This document shows positions 10,341 through 22,500 of a stretch of DNA of 64,000 nt, piece by piece (positions within the stretch are counted from its first letter, which is position 1; each line of letters begins with the position of its first letter). The position numbers and the translations under genes were made by a program. The notes beneath the pieces are model-generated. The model was not told where the DNA came from, made no database searches, and saw only the letters and a list, made by a program, of their open reading frames with translations. The stretch comes from Felis catus (taxonomy: Eukaryota). The DNA lies in contig NC_058374.1 in the NCBI RefSeq assembly GCF_018350175.1, forward strand, positions 1,302,001 through 1,366,000, given 5' to 3'.

Positions 10341-10985
10341 GTAAATAGTTACTTCTCAGTAAGGTTTTATTTTGGGGGGGGAGGAGGAGGAAGGAGCTGT
10401 ATAATAAATACGATTAGTATTACCACCGGCTAAACGCAAAGCTGCTCCTGAATTGTTCAGACATTTATTTGGGCATCGCTACGGCAATTCTCCTACTCAC
10501 ACCAACTCGGGGGAAAGACTGAACCTTCCAGAGACTGTGACACATGCTCACTCAGCAATCGAAATGACTGCAGACTACTGAGCATCAACATCTGCAGCCA
10601 CTAAACCCGCCACCGCATGCACACACTCAGGTGCACCATGAAGAATGGCAGCCAGAAAGCTTTCAGAGCAATGCCATCTAGAGTAACGGGAAAGAAGTAA
10701 CCGTACAAATGCCGCAGAAACCAAATGGCTAAAGGAAGAATGGCACCGTAATGTAAAGAAAATATACAACACCGGGTACAAGGAGACACACAGATGAAAT
10801 CATGCCCTGTGGGAAAATGGGTGAAATTGATGTATGCTGATTACAGCTACATAAAAATGTGTGCACTCTTTGATTTTCTGTAAAGACGCTCAAGCTTGTT
10901 ATAAATAAAGCTTTATTAAAGGACACACATGCTGTAAGCCCAGATGTCCCTTACGGCACCTTCCGGCTCCAGTATTTAAGGATTC

Positions 10986-11577
10986 TGTTATGACACGAAA
11001 AAGATAGGATAAGTAGGCAGAGAGGGAAAGATGAGGACCTGAGGTCCCTGGATGGGGACACACCTTTCTTGGAACAATGCTGGGAGTGTCTGACTAGGGC
11101 CAACCCTGTCAGGCAAAAGGTCCCTCTTCAGAGTGTAACAGACACTACCACCACCACCACCACCTCAGGGTCCCCTCAGGAATTTGACAATCAAAATGCC
11201 TAACTCAAAAAAGTGGGTCATAAAACTTATGTTATATAGGGGAAGCATGACCCGTCTGACTCCTCACTCAACTGCATCGAGACCATCAGAAGGGACAACC
11301 CAGCACCTAGAGCTGCCAAGCCAGTAAGGATGGGACCTGAGAAGGAACAAGAAGGAAGGGAAGGGAGACCAGAACCTTCTAAAATGAGGACCCTTGCCTA
11401 GAGTCACGGGCATTTGGAAAAGCCCCCTCTCCGTAAAGAGAGCTTTCCTACTATTCTTCCTTTCTGATCTTCTACTCTAATAAACTTGGGCCTGCTGCTC
11501 ATTTTGCGTCCACCTCTTCATTCTTCAAAGTGGCGAGACAATGAATCCCAGGTATTGTGGTAAAAAATCCTGCAACA
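10986..11577 (+). mobile_element. Solo LTR (ERV1-like), antisense to LARP4B
   Basis: TGTT...AACA termini, TATA-like ttctaaaa (11377), AATAAA (11479) and an ERV1-type U5 (cttcattcttc...gcgagacaatgaatccc). No clean TSD found, so the 5' boundary is uncertain. Confidence 0.7.
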
Positions 11578-12851
11578 CTGTGAAAACCTAAGTGTGCAAC
11601 ATCCTGTTAACACCGGTAAACAACATATCCACTTTACAAAACCTCAGATCAGAGATGGGATCTGCCCAAGGGACACCAGGGTCCTGAATACTAATCAGGG
11701 CTGGACCAAGAACTTGCCACATGTCTTTATAAGGTGTTAACTCTTAAAAATGACAAAGAACACAAGTGAAGCAGTACTAGTTGCAAATTATTTCTGCACA
11801 GAAATGAAATGCTGAGTTCTGGCTCAAGTGTTTCCATTCTCTTCTAGATAGGTCTTGTCTCAATACTTACCAACCAAGTGAGAAAACAGGCAAAAAAAAC
11901 CTCAGAAGCCAAAATCTAATTTTTAGCCCTGCAATATGTTTTAAAAAGATATCTATCTGAATATTATGTTGGACTGTAAATCAACCATGGGAAGGAGGGA
12001 GATTAGTTCTAAAAAAATTTTTTTTTAATGATTTCTGTATAATTTCCCTTAGACAACTAAAGGTCTTAAATTTAGAATTTAAATTACTTAAAACATCATA
12101 GAATTCATTTAAAACATCAATACAATATATGAAAAAACTCTATATTTCATAACAATGAAATAATTATTTTGGAGGGTATCTTTCATTTTTAAAAATTCTA
12201 CCTTATTAAAAGTAGATCAGCAATCCAGTCTCCTTCAATTTCTACATGAACTGCTTACAGTTTGGGGAAATAAATGAAGTTTACTATAAAGTGTATAACA
12301 TTACTTTACAAGTTTTCCTTTTCTTTTTTAAATTGTGCCTGGTTTATAAGATCACTTGGAAGACTGCCAAGCTAAGTGTAGCATGGCTCCAAACACACCT
12401 GACACAGGCACAGGAGGTTAAAGCAAGATTTAAAAACCAATGGATCTCCATTTCCTTATTCTTTCATTAACCACAACTGAAATGTGAAACCAATTTTCTT
12501 AGTAAAAGCTTACTGTAACTTGTGTACTTTAAAAAACACAGGTTTCAAAATGTAGAGCTAATCATATACATTCAGCAGATTATCAGTGAACACTAAAAAC
12601 AATGTGATGAGTCTCTGACACTCAATGAACACAGGGCACACTGCGTCTAGAACTATACACACAGCACACACACACACACAAGCCAGATGAGGATGTACGG
12701 TACTGAACACTTCCAACCCATGTGGGTCTCTCCCCCACTTCATCCCCCTTTCTTGGGAAACATCAACGTTTTCTAATTCTGTTACAATAAATATTTGTTG
12801 TGAGGCAGTATCTGTGGGCCTCCACAGTGACTGATCTCAGAACTGAATTAC

Positions 12852-12911
12852 CTGACTCAAAGCTGGGATGGAGCTGGTCTGAGAAGTGGTTTGAGATATG
12901 GGACCATTCAT
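12852..12911 (-). CDS. LARP4B: LARP4B coding exon 3 (MNGPISQTTSQTSSIPALSQ)
   Basis: 60-nt exon flanked by tttacag| and CAG|gtaatt. It matches recalled human LARP4B residues 28-47 at 19/20. Phase 0 at both ends. Confidence 0.95.
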
Positions 12912-13553
12912 CTGTAAAATTGAAAACAGCAAACACACCATCATTACGATATAAAGCAGCATTTTCAAACCACAGTGATTTAGCAAAAACAAAACCCACT
13001 GAGGAAAACACATTTTTACATGACAAAGAAATTCAGTGAGATATTCAGAAAGAGGTAGGAGCCTTGAAACTTAAAATATCTTAAAATTCTGCCTGACCAC
13101 CGTAATTAAAATTCCTTGTAACTTCAGTGGGGAAAACTAAGAAAAATCTGTTTTTTGCTTGACATGATAAAATCTTAAAATAAACAAAAGCAATCAAAAT
13201 AAAAAATTTATAATTAATTCTTTAAATACATTCTTTAAATTAATTCTTTACATACATACCAGTACAACAGGTACAATGTTATTAAAGTACTTATAAATCA
13301 CTGCATTTTTCTTAGGAATTTAAAATCCAAAAGCTCAAAGTGTCTAAAGCTATTTGTTTTCTCTATCACCTAAGTACTTACAGCTTCCTCTACTAAGCTA
13401 CCCATAAACTGATTCAGAATATAACTCCTATATTTAGCTTATAAGATATGCCAGAGTTACTACTTTGATTTACTTCTGAAATCCAAAGGAGCATCTGTTA
13501 TCAGAAGAGGAGAGGAAGGCATCAGGCCAATTCTGGCCTCGACCCGCACTCAC

Positions 13554-13634
13554 CAGATGAGCGCTGTCTTTCCCTTCCTGGACTCGCTGGCCCTGCGGTT
13601 CAGCCACGACCTTAGTGTCCTGATCAGAAGTCAT
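13554..13634 (-). CDS. LARP4B: LARP4B first coding segment, exon 2 (MTSDQDTKVVAEPQGQRVQEGKDSAHL)
   Basis: 81 nt, matching the recalled human LARP4B N-terminus at 25/27. Donor CTG|gtgagt at 13554/13553. The best acceptor is at 13689/13688 (branch-like tactgat + polypyrimidine + cag), with alternative CAGs giving starts at 13667 and 13657. Confidence 0.95.
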
Positions 13635-16249
13635 GAGCTGTTTACTTGGTGGCCGCACTGGGAGAAGCTGAATGGCCAGCGAAGGATGCTGTGGGACGAC
13701 AAAGACAGCACATCAGTAACTGGAAGTACGGAACACCAGGGGTTCTTACAATTAAGTGACTAGGAAGTCTGCAAACCCTCAGGTTTTCATGTGCTTATCC
13801 CTCTGGAGTCTCAGCAGTTCAAAGAAATCTGCCGGCGATTTAACACCTTTGTACTAAGCCAAGAATATACCAAGACTAGAAATCATGTGCTAACACATAC
13901 AAACCCACTGACGCCCACAAAACCATTTTTTTAAAAACGGAAAATTACAAAACTAACAGAACTCCCATTTGTGATCTGATGATTCCCAAATTTATATGTA
14001 CGTATCATTTTTGACTAGCACCATCAATTTCATTTTCTTCCAGGACAACAGTTATCAAGAACTGAACAGTAAGTAGTTGAAAAGGAATCCCACACCAACG
14101 GAAAAGCACCTCCAGACAGCAGGACCAGAGTTGTGAAGCTAGCAGCCTTTCCGGCTCAGCTCAACAGCTAGACCCTGAACTTCAAACAACGTATCTCCTT
14201 TGATGTTCCCGAACAGCGTACACAGTAACTCTGGTCCATGAGGCGGGACCACAATACCCATGATTTCATCAGATCAGTCTGAGAACCAGGGTTCCCAGAC
14301 AGCCAGGCCTGACCTCCACCGCCTCACAGCACCCCAAGGACTGGATTTAATCCCCGTATCTCTCAGGCACTTCTGAAAACACAGCATCCACATGTCAGAT
14401 ACAGAGACTTAAAAGCTAGCTATCGGTCTCACGAGGTGACCATGCAGGTTTTTGGTTTCCATGATGGCGATGGCGCTCCCTTCTCTCAATAACCAGCTTA
14501 TGAACTTCGCAAAACGCTTGTTATAATGAAACAATCTGATGATCAAAGGCGATCTCATGCACTGGTCAACTCTATCATCAGAAGCACAAAATCACTTCCG
14601 TGCTATTAGGCAGGTTTGGCAATACCAACTACTCAAAGAGAAGAAGAAATACTTGGGACAAATCCATTTCAGAAAGGTCAGTATTTTCCAAAATACAGGA
14701 TGAATGACAAACGTTGAAGTGTAATAGTTTGTAATACTTGTGAAACTGTAATAGAAACTACATCGACTCTCACGAAACATCAAATCCAAAAAATAAAGAC
14801 ACAGAACGGTAAACAGACTGACAAGTCACAGAAAGTACTGTAGATGCTTTACCATATTAACTGCTGGATTTCTAAGATTCTTAAAGAAAAAAATGTTTGG
14901 TTAAAAACAAGGTAAGATAGATAAATGGGGGGGGGGGGGATTCAATTACAAAGAATCCTTTATTACATCTACTACCTCCATTTTTTTTCCAGTCAGAAAT
15001 ATGTGCCTCCCGGTCCAGTGTTCCCATGCATGCTGGCAACGCTCCACCACAAAAAGAAAGAAAGGAAGTCGTGGCAGTGTCCTGGGACGACAGCACGGCA
15101 GGCCCGGTCTGTCCCAGGTGCCCCAGCCACGAACCAGTGATCCTGATGCCACACCAGTCCACCTCTTCATTACCGACCCAGCCAGCACACACGGCTTTCC
15201 TCAGGCCCTACACCCGGAAACAGGGGTTCCTGTGTGGGCAGCACAGAAGGCACAGAGCATTACAACTAGACTTGGTCGAATGTTTCAATCCAGAAGACGG
15301 TTTGGCAGGGCAGCACTGATGACAGCTCCAGCAGAGAACAAGCCTCCCAGGCACCCATTGTGAGACCACAGCCGTCCTGAGGCCTCAACGACTGCCTCCA
15401 GAAATGGCCAGAATGCAGGTCTCGGGGCTGGACTAGAAGGCTAGGGACAGGGTGGGGGAAGGTGCCACCAAAGCAAAGCCTGTGCTGGCCCCAGACCTAG
15501 CGGTCTGAAGTGGTGACAGTGTCCAGAGGCAGCCTTCACAACGGCCTTCCAGAGCCAAACAAAAGGAGTGATTTCCTTGGTTCGATTTCACCCATCGCCG
15601 TGGAAAAGCAGAAAGACGACACCAAAGGGCCCTTCCTCCTATCTCGTGGTCTCTATGCTAGCCGGACATTTTACATTTCATCTGTCAAGGCTACACCTGG
15701 AAATTTTATCAATCTTATTAAACATTTGGGACGGTACGGTCCTCTCAGATCTATTTCTAAAGAATCCTTTTCCCATATACCAGAAATGTCTGTTTCATAA
15801 TTAAACATTTGTTAAGGGCTCCGGGGTCCTATCCAGGACCCCACATCGCATTTAGGTGTGACTTCTCGTCTCCTCCACACTGTGACAACTCCTCAGCCTC
15901 TCCTCATCTTTCCTCTTCACTTTCCAAGTGTGAAGGGCTCTCACAGCCACGCACGGACAACGTGCGGAGCAAAAAGAATGAACGAGTAACAAACACGTTA
16001 GGATCCACGACAGTTCAAAACACCACCACGCTGGTCACCTGCGGAGACTGTCAGGATTCCAACTCATTCTTCTGAAGATTCCTAAAGGCAAACAACCGTC
16101 AGCCCGCCTTCCTTGGAGGACGGCAGCGGCATAACCGAAGAGCTGAGCGGGGCGAGCTGCTCTCTACGCAGGAAGCACCACTAATAAGCGGGGACAACTG
16201 AAGTAGAAAATCACAATAATGCAACATCTAATGAAATAACGAAGGCAAT

Positions 16250-16990
16250 TACCATCGACGTCTGCTGAAATCGGGCAGAGAGAGCGGACAGAAAACTTTA
16301 TAATGGCTAGATCGGATGGACACTGAAGCCACTTTTCAATCTCATGACTGAAAGTGTTAACAACCAGCTGTTACACTCTTCTTGGTGTGAGCAAAGAGCA
16401 CCATTTATGAAGTATTCTTGCCAAAAAAAGAACCTTTAGTTAATCAAACCTCTAGATCTGACTCCCAATTTAAAGGAAATTCTGGGGCAATACACGTTAA
16501 ATAACACCAACACAAAGCTATTAGCTAAATCTAAAATGTGGGGCATTCTAGAAGACAGATGACCTCATTTTTGCACGAAATCTAAGACATGAAAAAATGG
16601 AAGAGATTTTTATTGCTACAAAATACAAAAGCTTTAACCAAAATAACCTTATGTGAGAACTGTAACGAGACTGAAATAAATTAACTCTAGAATGACATTT
16701 TTGACAGGAAAAATTGAATGTTGCCTAGGTAATAAAGGATATTATAGAATGATTATTAATTCTGTTGAGTGCAATCCAGGTGGTGTGGCTGTGGACAAGT
16801 CTTATCTGTGAGATATACAAACTAAAAGACTGTGGGTACAATTACATATCCGGAATTTGCTTTAAAATATGCTAAAAACTGTTTTGGTAAATTTAAGAGA
16901 CAACACAAAACAAAAATGCAAGAATGCAGCAAGTGGCTAACAGCTAGAACTGGATGACGGGTGCACTAAGGACTGCTATACCGCCTGCCC
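16250..16990 (+). mobile_element. Old L1 (L1MC/L1ME) 3' end
   Basis: gaagtattcttgccaaaa...aatcaaacctctagatct...gtttgagatatacaaactaaa-like L1M 3' UTR pattern. Confidence 0.6.
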
Positions 16991-17106
16991 TCTCTACTTC
17001 CGTGGTTAAAGTATTCTGTAATGAAAAGTAAAAAGAAAAATCTAATTAGGACATAGTTACCAATATTCATCTGAAACTTCACACACTTACTGTTGTTTAA
17101 AATCTA

Positions 17107-17333
17107 GGGGCGCCTGGGTGGCGCAGTCGGTTAAGCGTCCGACTTCAGCCAGGTCACGATCTCGCGGTCTGTGAGTTTGAGCCCCGCGTCGGGCTCTGGG
17201 CTGATGGCTCAGAGCCTGGAGCCTGTTTCCGATTCTGCGTCTCCCTCTCTCTCTGCCCCTCCCCCGTTCATGCTCTATCTCTCTCTGTCCCAAAAATAAA
17301 TAAACGTTGAAAAAAAAAATTAAAAAAAAAAAT
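17107..17333 (+). mobile_element. Young felid SINEC_Fc
   Basis: Near-consensus ggggcgcctgggtggcgcagtcggttaagcgtccgacttcagccagg..., CpGs intact, TSD aaaatct. Confidence 0.95.
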
Positions 17334-17922
17334 AAAATCTGCACTAATACAAAAATATGTAAACTATCTCATGAACAATGTTTAGCTTTAGCAAAAAAAA
17401 ATAAAAATAAAAAAATAAAGAAAAATACAGAAAAGCAGAAACTAACACAATATATTTCAACTATTTAAAAGATTCAGAGATTACCTTAGGTTAAATAAGC
17501 AGGATATGAGACTGTGGACAGTATAATTACAAGTATATTTTAAAAATTCACACAGCTGACTTTGTGAATATTTAAAAGTAATACACTAGATGACTAACAA
17601 TGTATGACCAAGAGTTAAAACACCAGGATAGTGTCTTACGTTGTTTCATTTCTGCAGTCTCAATTTTCCAAATACCTTATTGTTTTATAATCACACATGC
17701 TTAATGAAACTCATCCAGCTTGCTGGTGCTGTGTTTACCAAGCAAGCATCGAACAGTTCAGAGCCCCCCGTGCGGTACCTTTCCAACAACAGAAGTACTG
17801 ATTGGCAGGAAAAGCAACCAGGACCCTTCCCAGTGGGTTGTCAATACAGATTAATAAAAATGCCAATCAGCTGTCACACCATTTTTTTGTGAAAATTCAC
17901 AACTCAGTCTTGTTCTCTAAGA

Positions 17923-18512
17923 CAGGGGGTCTCAGAGGGTGGCCTGTGCCTGTCAGGGGTCCCAGAGACCTTCCCAGGGGCCCTCAGATCATACCAATTG
18001 TCACAACAACTCCAAGATGCTGTTTGCCTTTGTCTGCTCACAAACTGCTGTGGAGTTCTGGTGTGGTTACAAAGGAGAAGAGTCAAGGTTATGTGAAGGG
18101 ACTGTTAACACACTCCTCACTGTTCCAGCTATTCATCCGTGTGAGGTCAGATTTCCTTCTCATCCTTCAACCAAAATAACAGATCACTAACAGATCAAAT
18201 GCAGAAACACAGAAGAAGCAACCTGAGATTCTATTAGACACTGAAGAGATTTATAAAAATACAAAACAATGCCATTCTCCTCATTAAATTATTTTTTTGT
18301 TTTGGAAAAGATTGCTACCTTTTCATAAGCAATGATATTTATTTTACATGTAATGGCTTTGCTATTATTGTTAAAGAAAAACTTTTTAAATCTGAGTCGT
18401 AATTTTTAATGCAAATATACAGATAAGCCCCATAAACAAAAGTTCTTCAAGATCTTCAATAATATTTAGAAGTGTAAAAAGGTCCCAAGACCAAAATGTT
18501 TGAGAACCACTG
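17923..18512 (+). mobile_element. hAT-Charlie DNA transposon remnant (Charlie1-like)
   Basis: CAG...CTG termini (cagggggtctcag / ttgagaaccactg). Internal cataaacaaaagttcttc...ggtcccaagaccaaaatgtttgagaacc matches the recalled Charlie1 3' end. Confidence 0.7.
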
Positions 18513-18844
18513 ATATAAGGCAAAAGGAGCGCTATGTACAGATGCCTGGCTTCCATGGACAGGAGACAGCCTGTGTTCACGGACCGGAAGCCATGGTATT
18601 CCTAGGATGGCAACACTGCACATCTACAGAATCCATGCAATCCCTATCAAAATCCCACCTGCCTTTTTTGCAAAAATTGATGAGATGATCCTAAAATTCC
18701 TATGGAAATACAAGAGACCCAGAGTAGCCAAATCATCTTGAAAAGAACAAGCTGGAAGACTCACACTTCCTGATTGCAAAACTTACCACAAAACTACAGC
18801 AGTTAAGACAGTGTGGTATTGACATAAGGAGAGACATACAGAAC

Positions 18845-19001
18845 NNNNNNNNNNNNNNNNNNNNNNNNNNNNNNNNNNNNNNNNNNNNNNNNNNNNNNNN
18901 NNNNNNNNNNNNNNNNNNNNNNNNNNNNNNNNNNNNNNNNNNNNNNNNNNNNNNNNNNNNNNNNNNNNNNNNNNNNNNNNNNNNNNNNNNNNNNNNNNNN
19001 N
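18845..19001. other. Assembly gap (157 N)
   Basis: N run. Confidence 1.
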
Positions 19002-19055
19002 TTATCTCACTCTCTCTATAAAAACTAATTCCAAATGAATCAAACATCTAAATAT

Positions 19056-19590
19056 GGGGCACCTGGCTGGCTCAGTTGGAGGAGCATGCGACTGTTGATC
19101 TCAGGGTTATGAGCTTGAGCCCCACAATACGCATAGATATTCCTTAAAAATAAATTAAAACAAAAACAAAACCTAGGGGCACCCAGGGGGCTTAGTTGGA
19201 TGAGTATCTCACCCTTGATTTTGGCTGAGGTCATGATCGCAGAGTCATGGGATCGAGTCCTCTGTCGGGCCCCGTGCTGAATATGGAGCCTGCTTCAGAG
19301 CCGCACTCTCGCTCTATGGGGTGCCCAGGTGGCTCAATCAGTTAAGTGTCCAACTTCGGCTCAGGTCATGATCTCGTGGTTCATGAGTTTGAGACCCACA
19401 TTGGGCTTTCTGCTTTCAGCACAGAGCCTGCTTTGGATCCTCTGTCCTCCCTACTTTCTCTGCCCCTCCTCTGCCCTTTTTTTTGTCTCAAAAAATAAAC
19501 TTAAAAAAAGAAAAAAAAAAAAGAGTCTCTCTCTCTCTCTTTGCCCCTTCCCTGCTCACGTACTCTCTAAAATAAAAAACAAAACTACAC
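19056..19590 (+). mobile_element. Cluster of three Can-SINEs; 19318-19521 is nested inside 19176-19590
   Basis: Three heads (19056, 19176, 19318). The tail half of the second element resumes at ~19523. Confidence 0.85.
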
Positions 19591-22500
19591 TCAACTAAAC
19601 TAAATGTAAGAGCTAGAATTATAAAACTCAGAAGAAACCACAGGAGTAAATCATCTTAAGCCTGGATCAGGCAATGCCTGCTTACATAGGACACCAAAGC
19701 ACAAGCAAAAGAATTAAAAACAAATTGGTCTTCATCAAAATTAAAAACTTTTGTGCTTCAAAGCACACCACTACCAAATTGAAAAGACAGCCCACAGAAT
19801 AGTTGAAAATATTTGCAAATTATATCTCATAAGGGATATGTGTATATACACAGAAAAAGAAAGAGAAGAATGTGTTCCTAAAACTCAATTATAAGAGACA
19901 AATAAGTAAAAAAATGGGCAGAGTATGAATTGACATTTTCCCAAAGACATACAAATGGCCGGTAAGTACATGAAAAGATGCTCGACATCATTAGTCATTA
20001 GGAAATGCAAATCAAAATACAAAATACCACTTCAAACTCATTGGAATGGCTATAATCAAAAAGACAAGTAACAAGTGTTGGCAAGGATGTGGAGAACTGG
20101 AATCTTAATACAATGCTGGCGGGAATGTAAAATGGCACAGCCACTTTGGCAAACATTTGGATGCTGAACACAAGGACATCACATAAGCCAGCATTCCCAC
20201 ACCTAGGTATATCCCCAAGAGAACTGAAAGCATTTATCACCCCCAAAACTTGTACGTGAATATTCAAATAGCGGAATAGCCAAAAAGTGGAAATAACCCA
20301 AGGAATAAACTGGAAGAGGTTAAGAACTTTATTTTCATACATGTGCTTGGCATACCTCAGTGGATTTGCAAATAACAATGACACAATCATAGTTTGAGAA
20401 TTTGATAATTTCTACAACAATCAAAATAAAGATAGAGACCTGGAGACTTCCTGACTCCAGAACAACATGAACATTTTTTTTCTTGGTTACAAAAGGGTAG
20501 TGTGTAAACATAGATGATTTGTCTGTGGATCAGAAATCCAAAAAGGGAATGAATTAGTATTTGGATCTGTGTCATGCAATGGTTAGTCTAAATGCTTCAC
20601 AAAGTCACTCAATCAACCTCAATTTTCTTAGCTCTCACGCCCACTTAGCAGCCTGGGAAAATGCGCTCAGACATGACTCAGTCAAGGTCACCAAGCTAGT
20701 TGAGTCCAGTGAGCTAGTCCATATACACACACATAATTTCTGCTATTCAAATCTACGTGCCCGTACGGAAATTCCGCGGTGCAGACAGCTCGCCCTGTCA
20801 ATCCATGCCAATGGGCGCCCCCACTGTGACAGGACCTCAAAGTACCTGCAGCTTCCTTCATTGGTCTTCATTCCTTCTCCCCCCATTCTATGGTGACCTT
20901 CATATTGCCCAGTGCACACATAATGGTTTTAATATTTAAAATAAGCACTTTTTAAGAAACCAACATGGTGCCCAAATATAAGCCAAATTTAACTTCATCT
21001 TTTTATACAATAAAACCAGTGATCTGATTCAACGCCAAGGAAAAAAAAAAACAAAACAAAACTGGCCGTGTTGAGAGATGATATGTTGCATCTTACTGGG
21101 GAATTTTCAAGCATATAGTTTGGTTTTTTTTGTTGTTTTTTTTTTTTTGTTTTGTTTTGTTTTTTTGCTTTATGAGTTGGCCTTGAAATGTACACATTTC
21201 ATAGGAGAGGAGATTCTCTTATATGGGGGCCACAGAGGAGACAGCTTTTTTCAATCTAAAAACATTGTTCTGAAATAAGGAAGTCTCCAGTTCTACAAAC
21301 CACTCTCCATTCTCCATATTCACCCAGCCATTCAATACTTCCCTGTCTTTCTTTGCACCATTTCTCTTCTCCTCGCCTGGGATCCTCCTCCCTCATTGAA
21401 GGCCTCCTTCTCTTTCCTCTCTCATTCCTTCTTCATGTGCCCACAGCCTTATGTTCTTTACAGCATTCACCACACCTGTGGTTCTCTCCTACCATCCTGA
21501 GTCTCTTTTAGGAATCCATATTTTTCATATATATCCCACCAGTGATACGTTACAATTTTACCCCCAAGGGCTTACAATTTACCTCCAAGAGCTTCCTATT
21601 GTCAGTAACACTCAAGTACAGATGGTTTGGCTGCAGTGTTGTGTCAACACTCTATTTCTATATTTGCATCCACAAAATGAGAGAGGAGTCAAGTTTGCTA
21701 AGTTTTCTTCTAACTCCTCTGGTCTGTGGCTGAGAGCAAGCAGTCCAGGGACAGTACAAGATGCTACGACACAGACATGTGTTCTGAGAACTCCCGCGTA
21801 ACTGTTTGGATTATTTTTCAAAAAACAGTGACTGAATATTCAACTGGATAAGTAAACACAGTTTTATCCAAATATGGAAAATGGGCTGTTGAGAACCTTA
21901 GAGACTGCCCTAATTAAGTACTATATGATCCCTTTGAGAATCAATTAGAAAAGCCAGAATTTGTTACTTTCAATGTCTAGACATACTATGTTGAAAGACA
22001 GTTTACCTATCAGACCTCTGAAACTAAATAAACTCAGTGGAAAAAAACAGAAATGGTCAAAGAAGCTAAATCAAATCATTAAAGCACCATCACAGTGTTT
22101 TGGGATTTGGAAGGACATTTGTTAATAATAGTAACTTTCTTTTAGGGACTCAGTATGCACACCTCTAAATAGAGGTGTAAGAAAATGAAATACCATGATA
22201 GGAATTACAGTTCCTCATTCACTCGGCTTGTGCTGCAGGCTGCATTACTGTGTTTATCTCACAGCTGTCAGCATCGCTCTGTACGTAATATTTAAACTAT
22301 ATGTTCCTGTCTCAGGGAAGAATAATTTGTGAGCAGCTCAGAGCACATTAGTCTATGTACCTACCACAGCACAGATCTCCAGAGATCATATACTCGACTG
22401 AACCTTAGGCTTGAAGGTGGGGACATTTATAGAGCAGCAGAACCCTGCTTCCAGGAGAGCAGTTACTCTTTGTTTTTTCCAGATTCAGTATCTACAAGAT

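Larger units (their letters stand above)
18620..20400 (+). mobile_element. L1 ORF2 3' remnant (L1MA/L1MB-like), interrupted by a gap and SINEs
   Basis: aatccctatcaaaatccca...gactcacacttcctgatt...aagacagtgtggtattg, and later caaaagacaagtaacaagtgttggcaaggatgtggag. Confidence 0.85.

Noticed and set aside
14535-14582. 9-bp inverted repeat TCTGATGAT...ATCATCAGA with a box C-like TGATGA, as a possible intronic snoRNA or miRNA
   Set aside because: There is no terminal box D (CTGA) at the right spacing and the stem is too short for a pre-miRNA. It is compatible with chance.
17087-17344. Recurrent ORFs such as [42 protein letters not shown] (also at 44062, 47452, 49950) and TSAQVMISRF types
   Set aside because: These are translations of Can-SINE consensus sequence, not genes.
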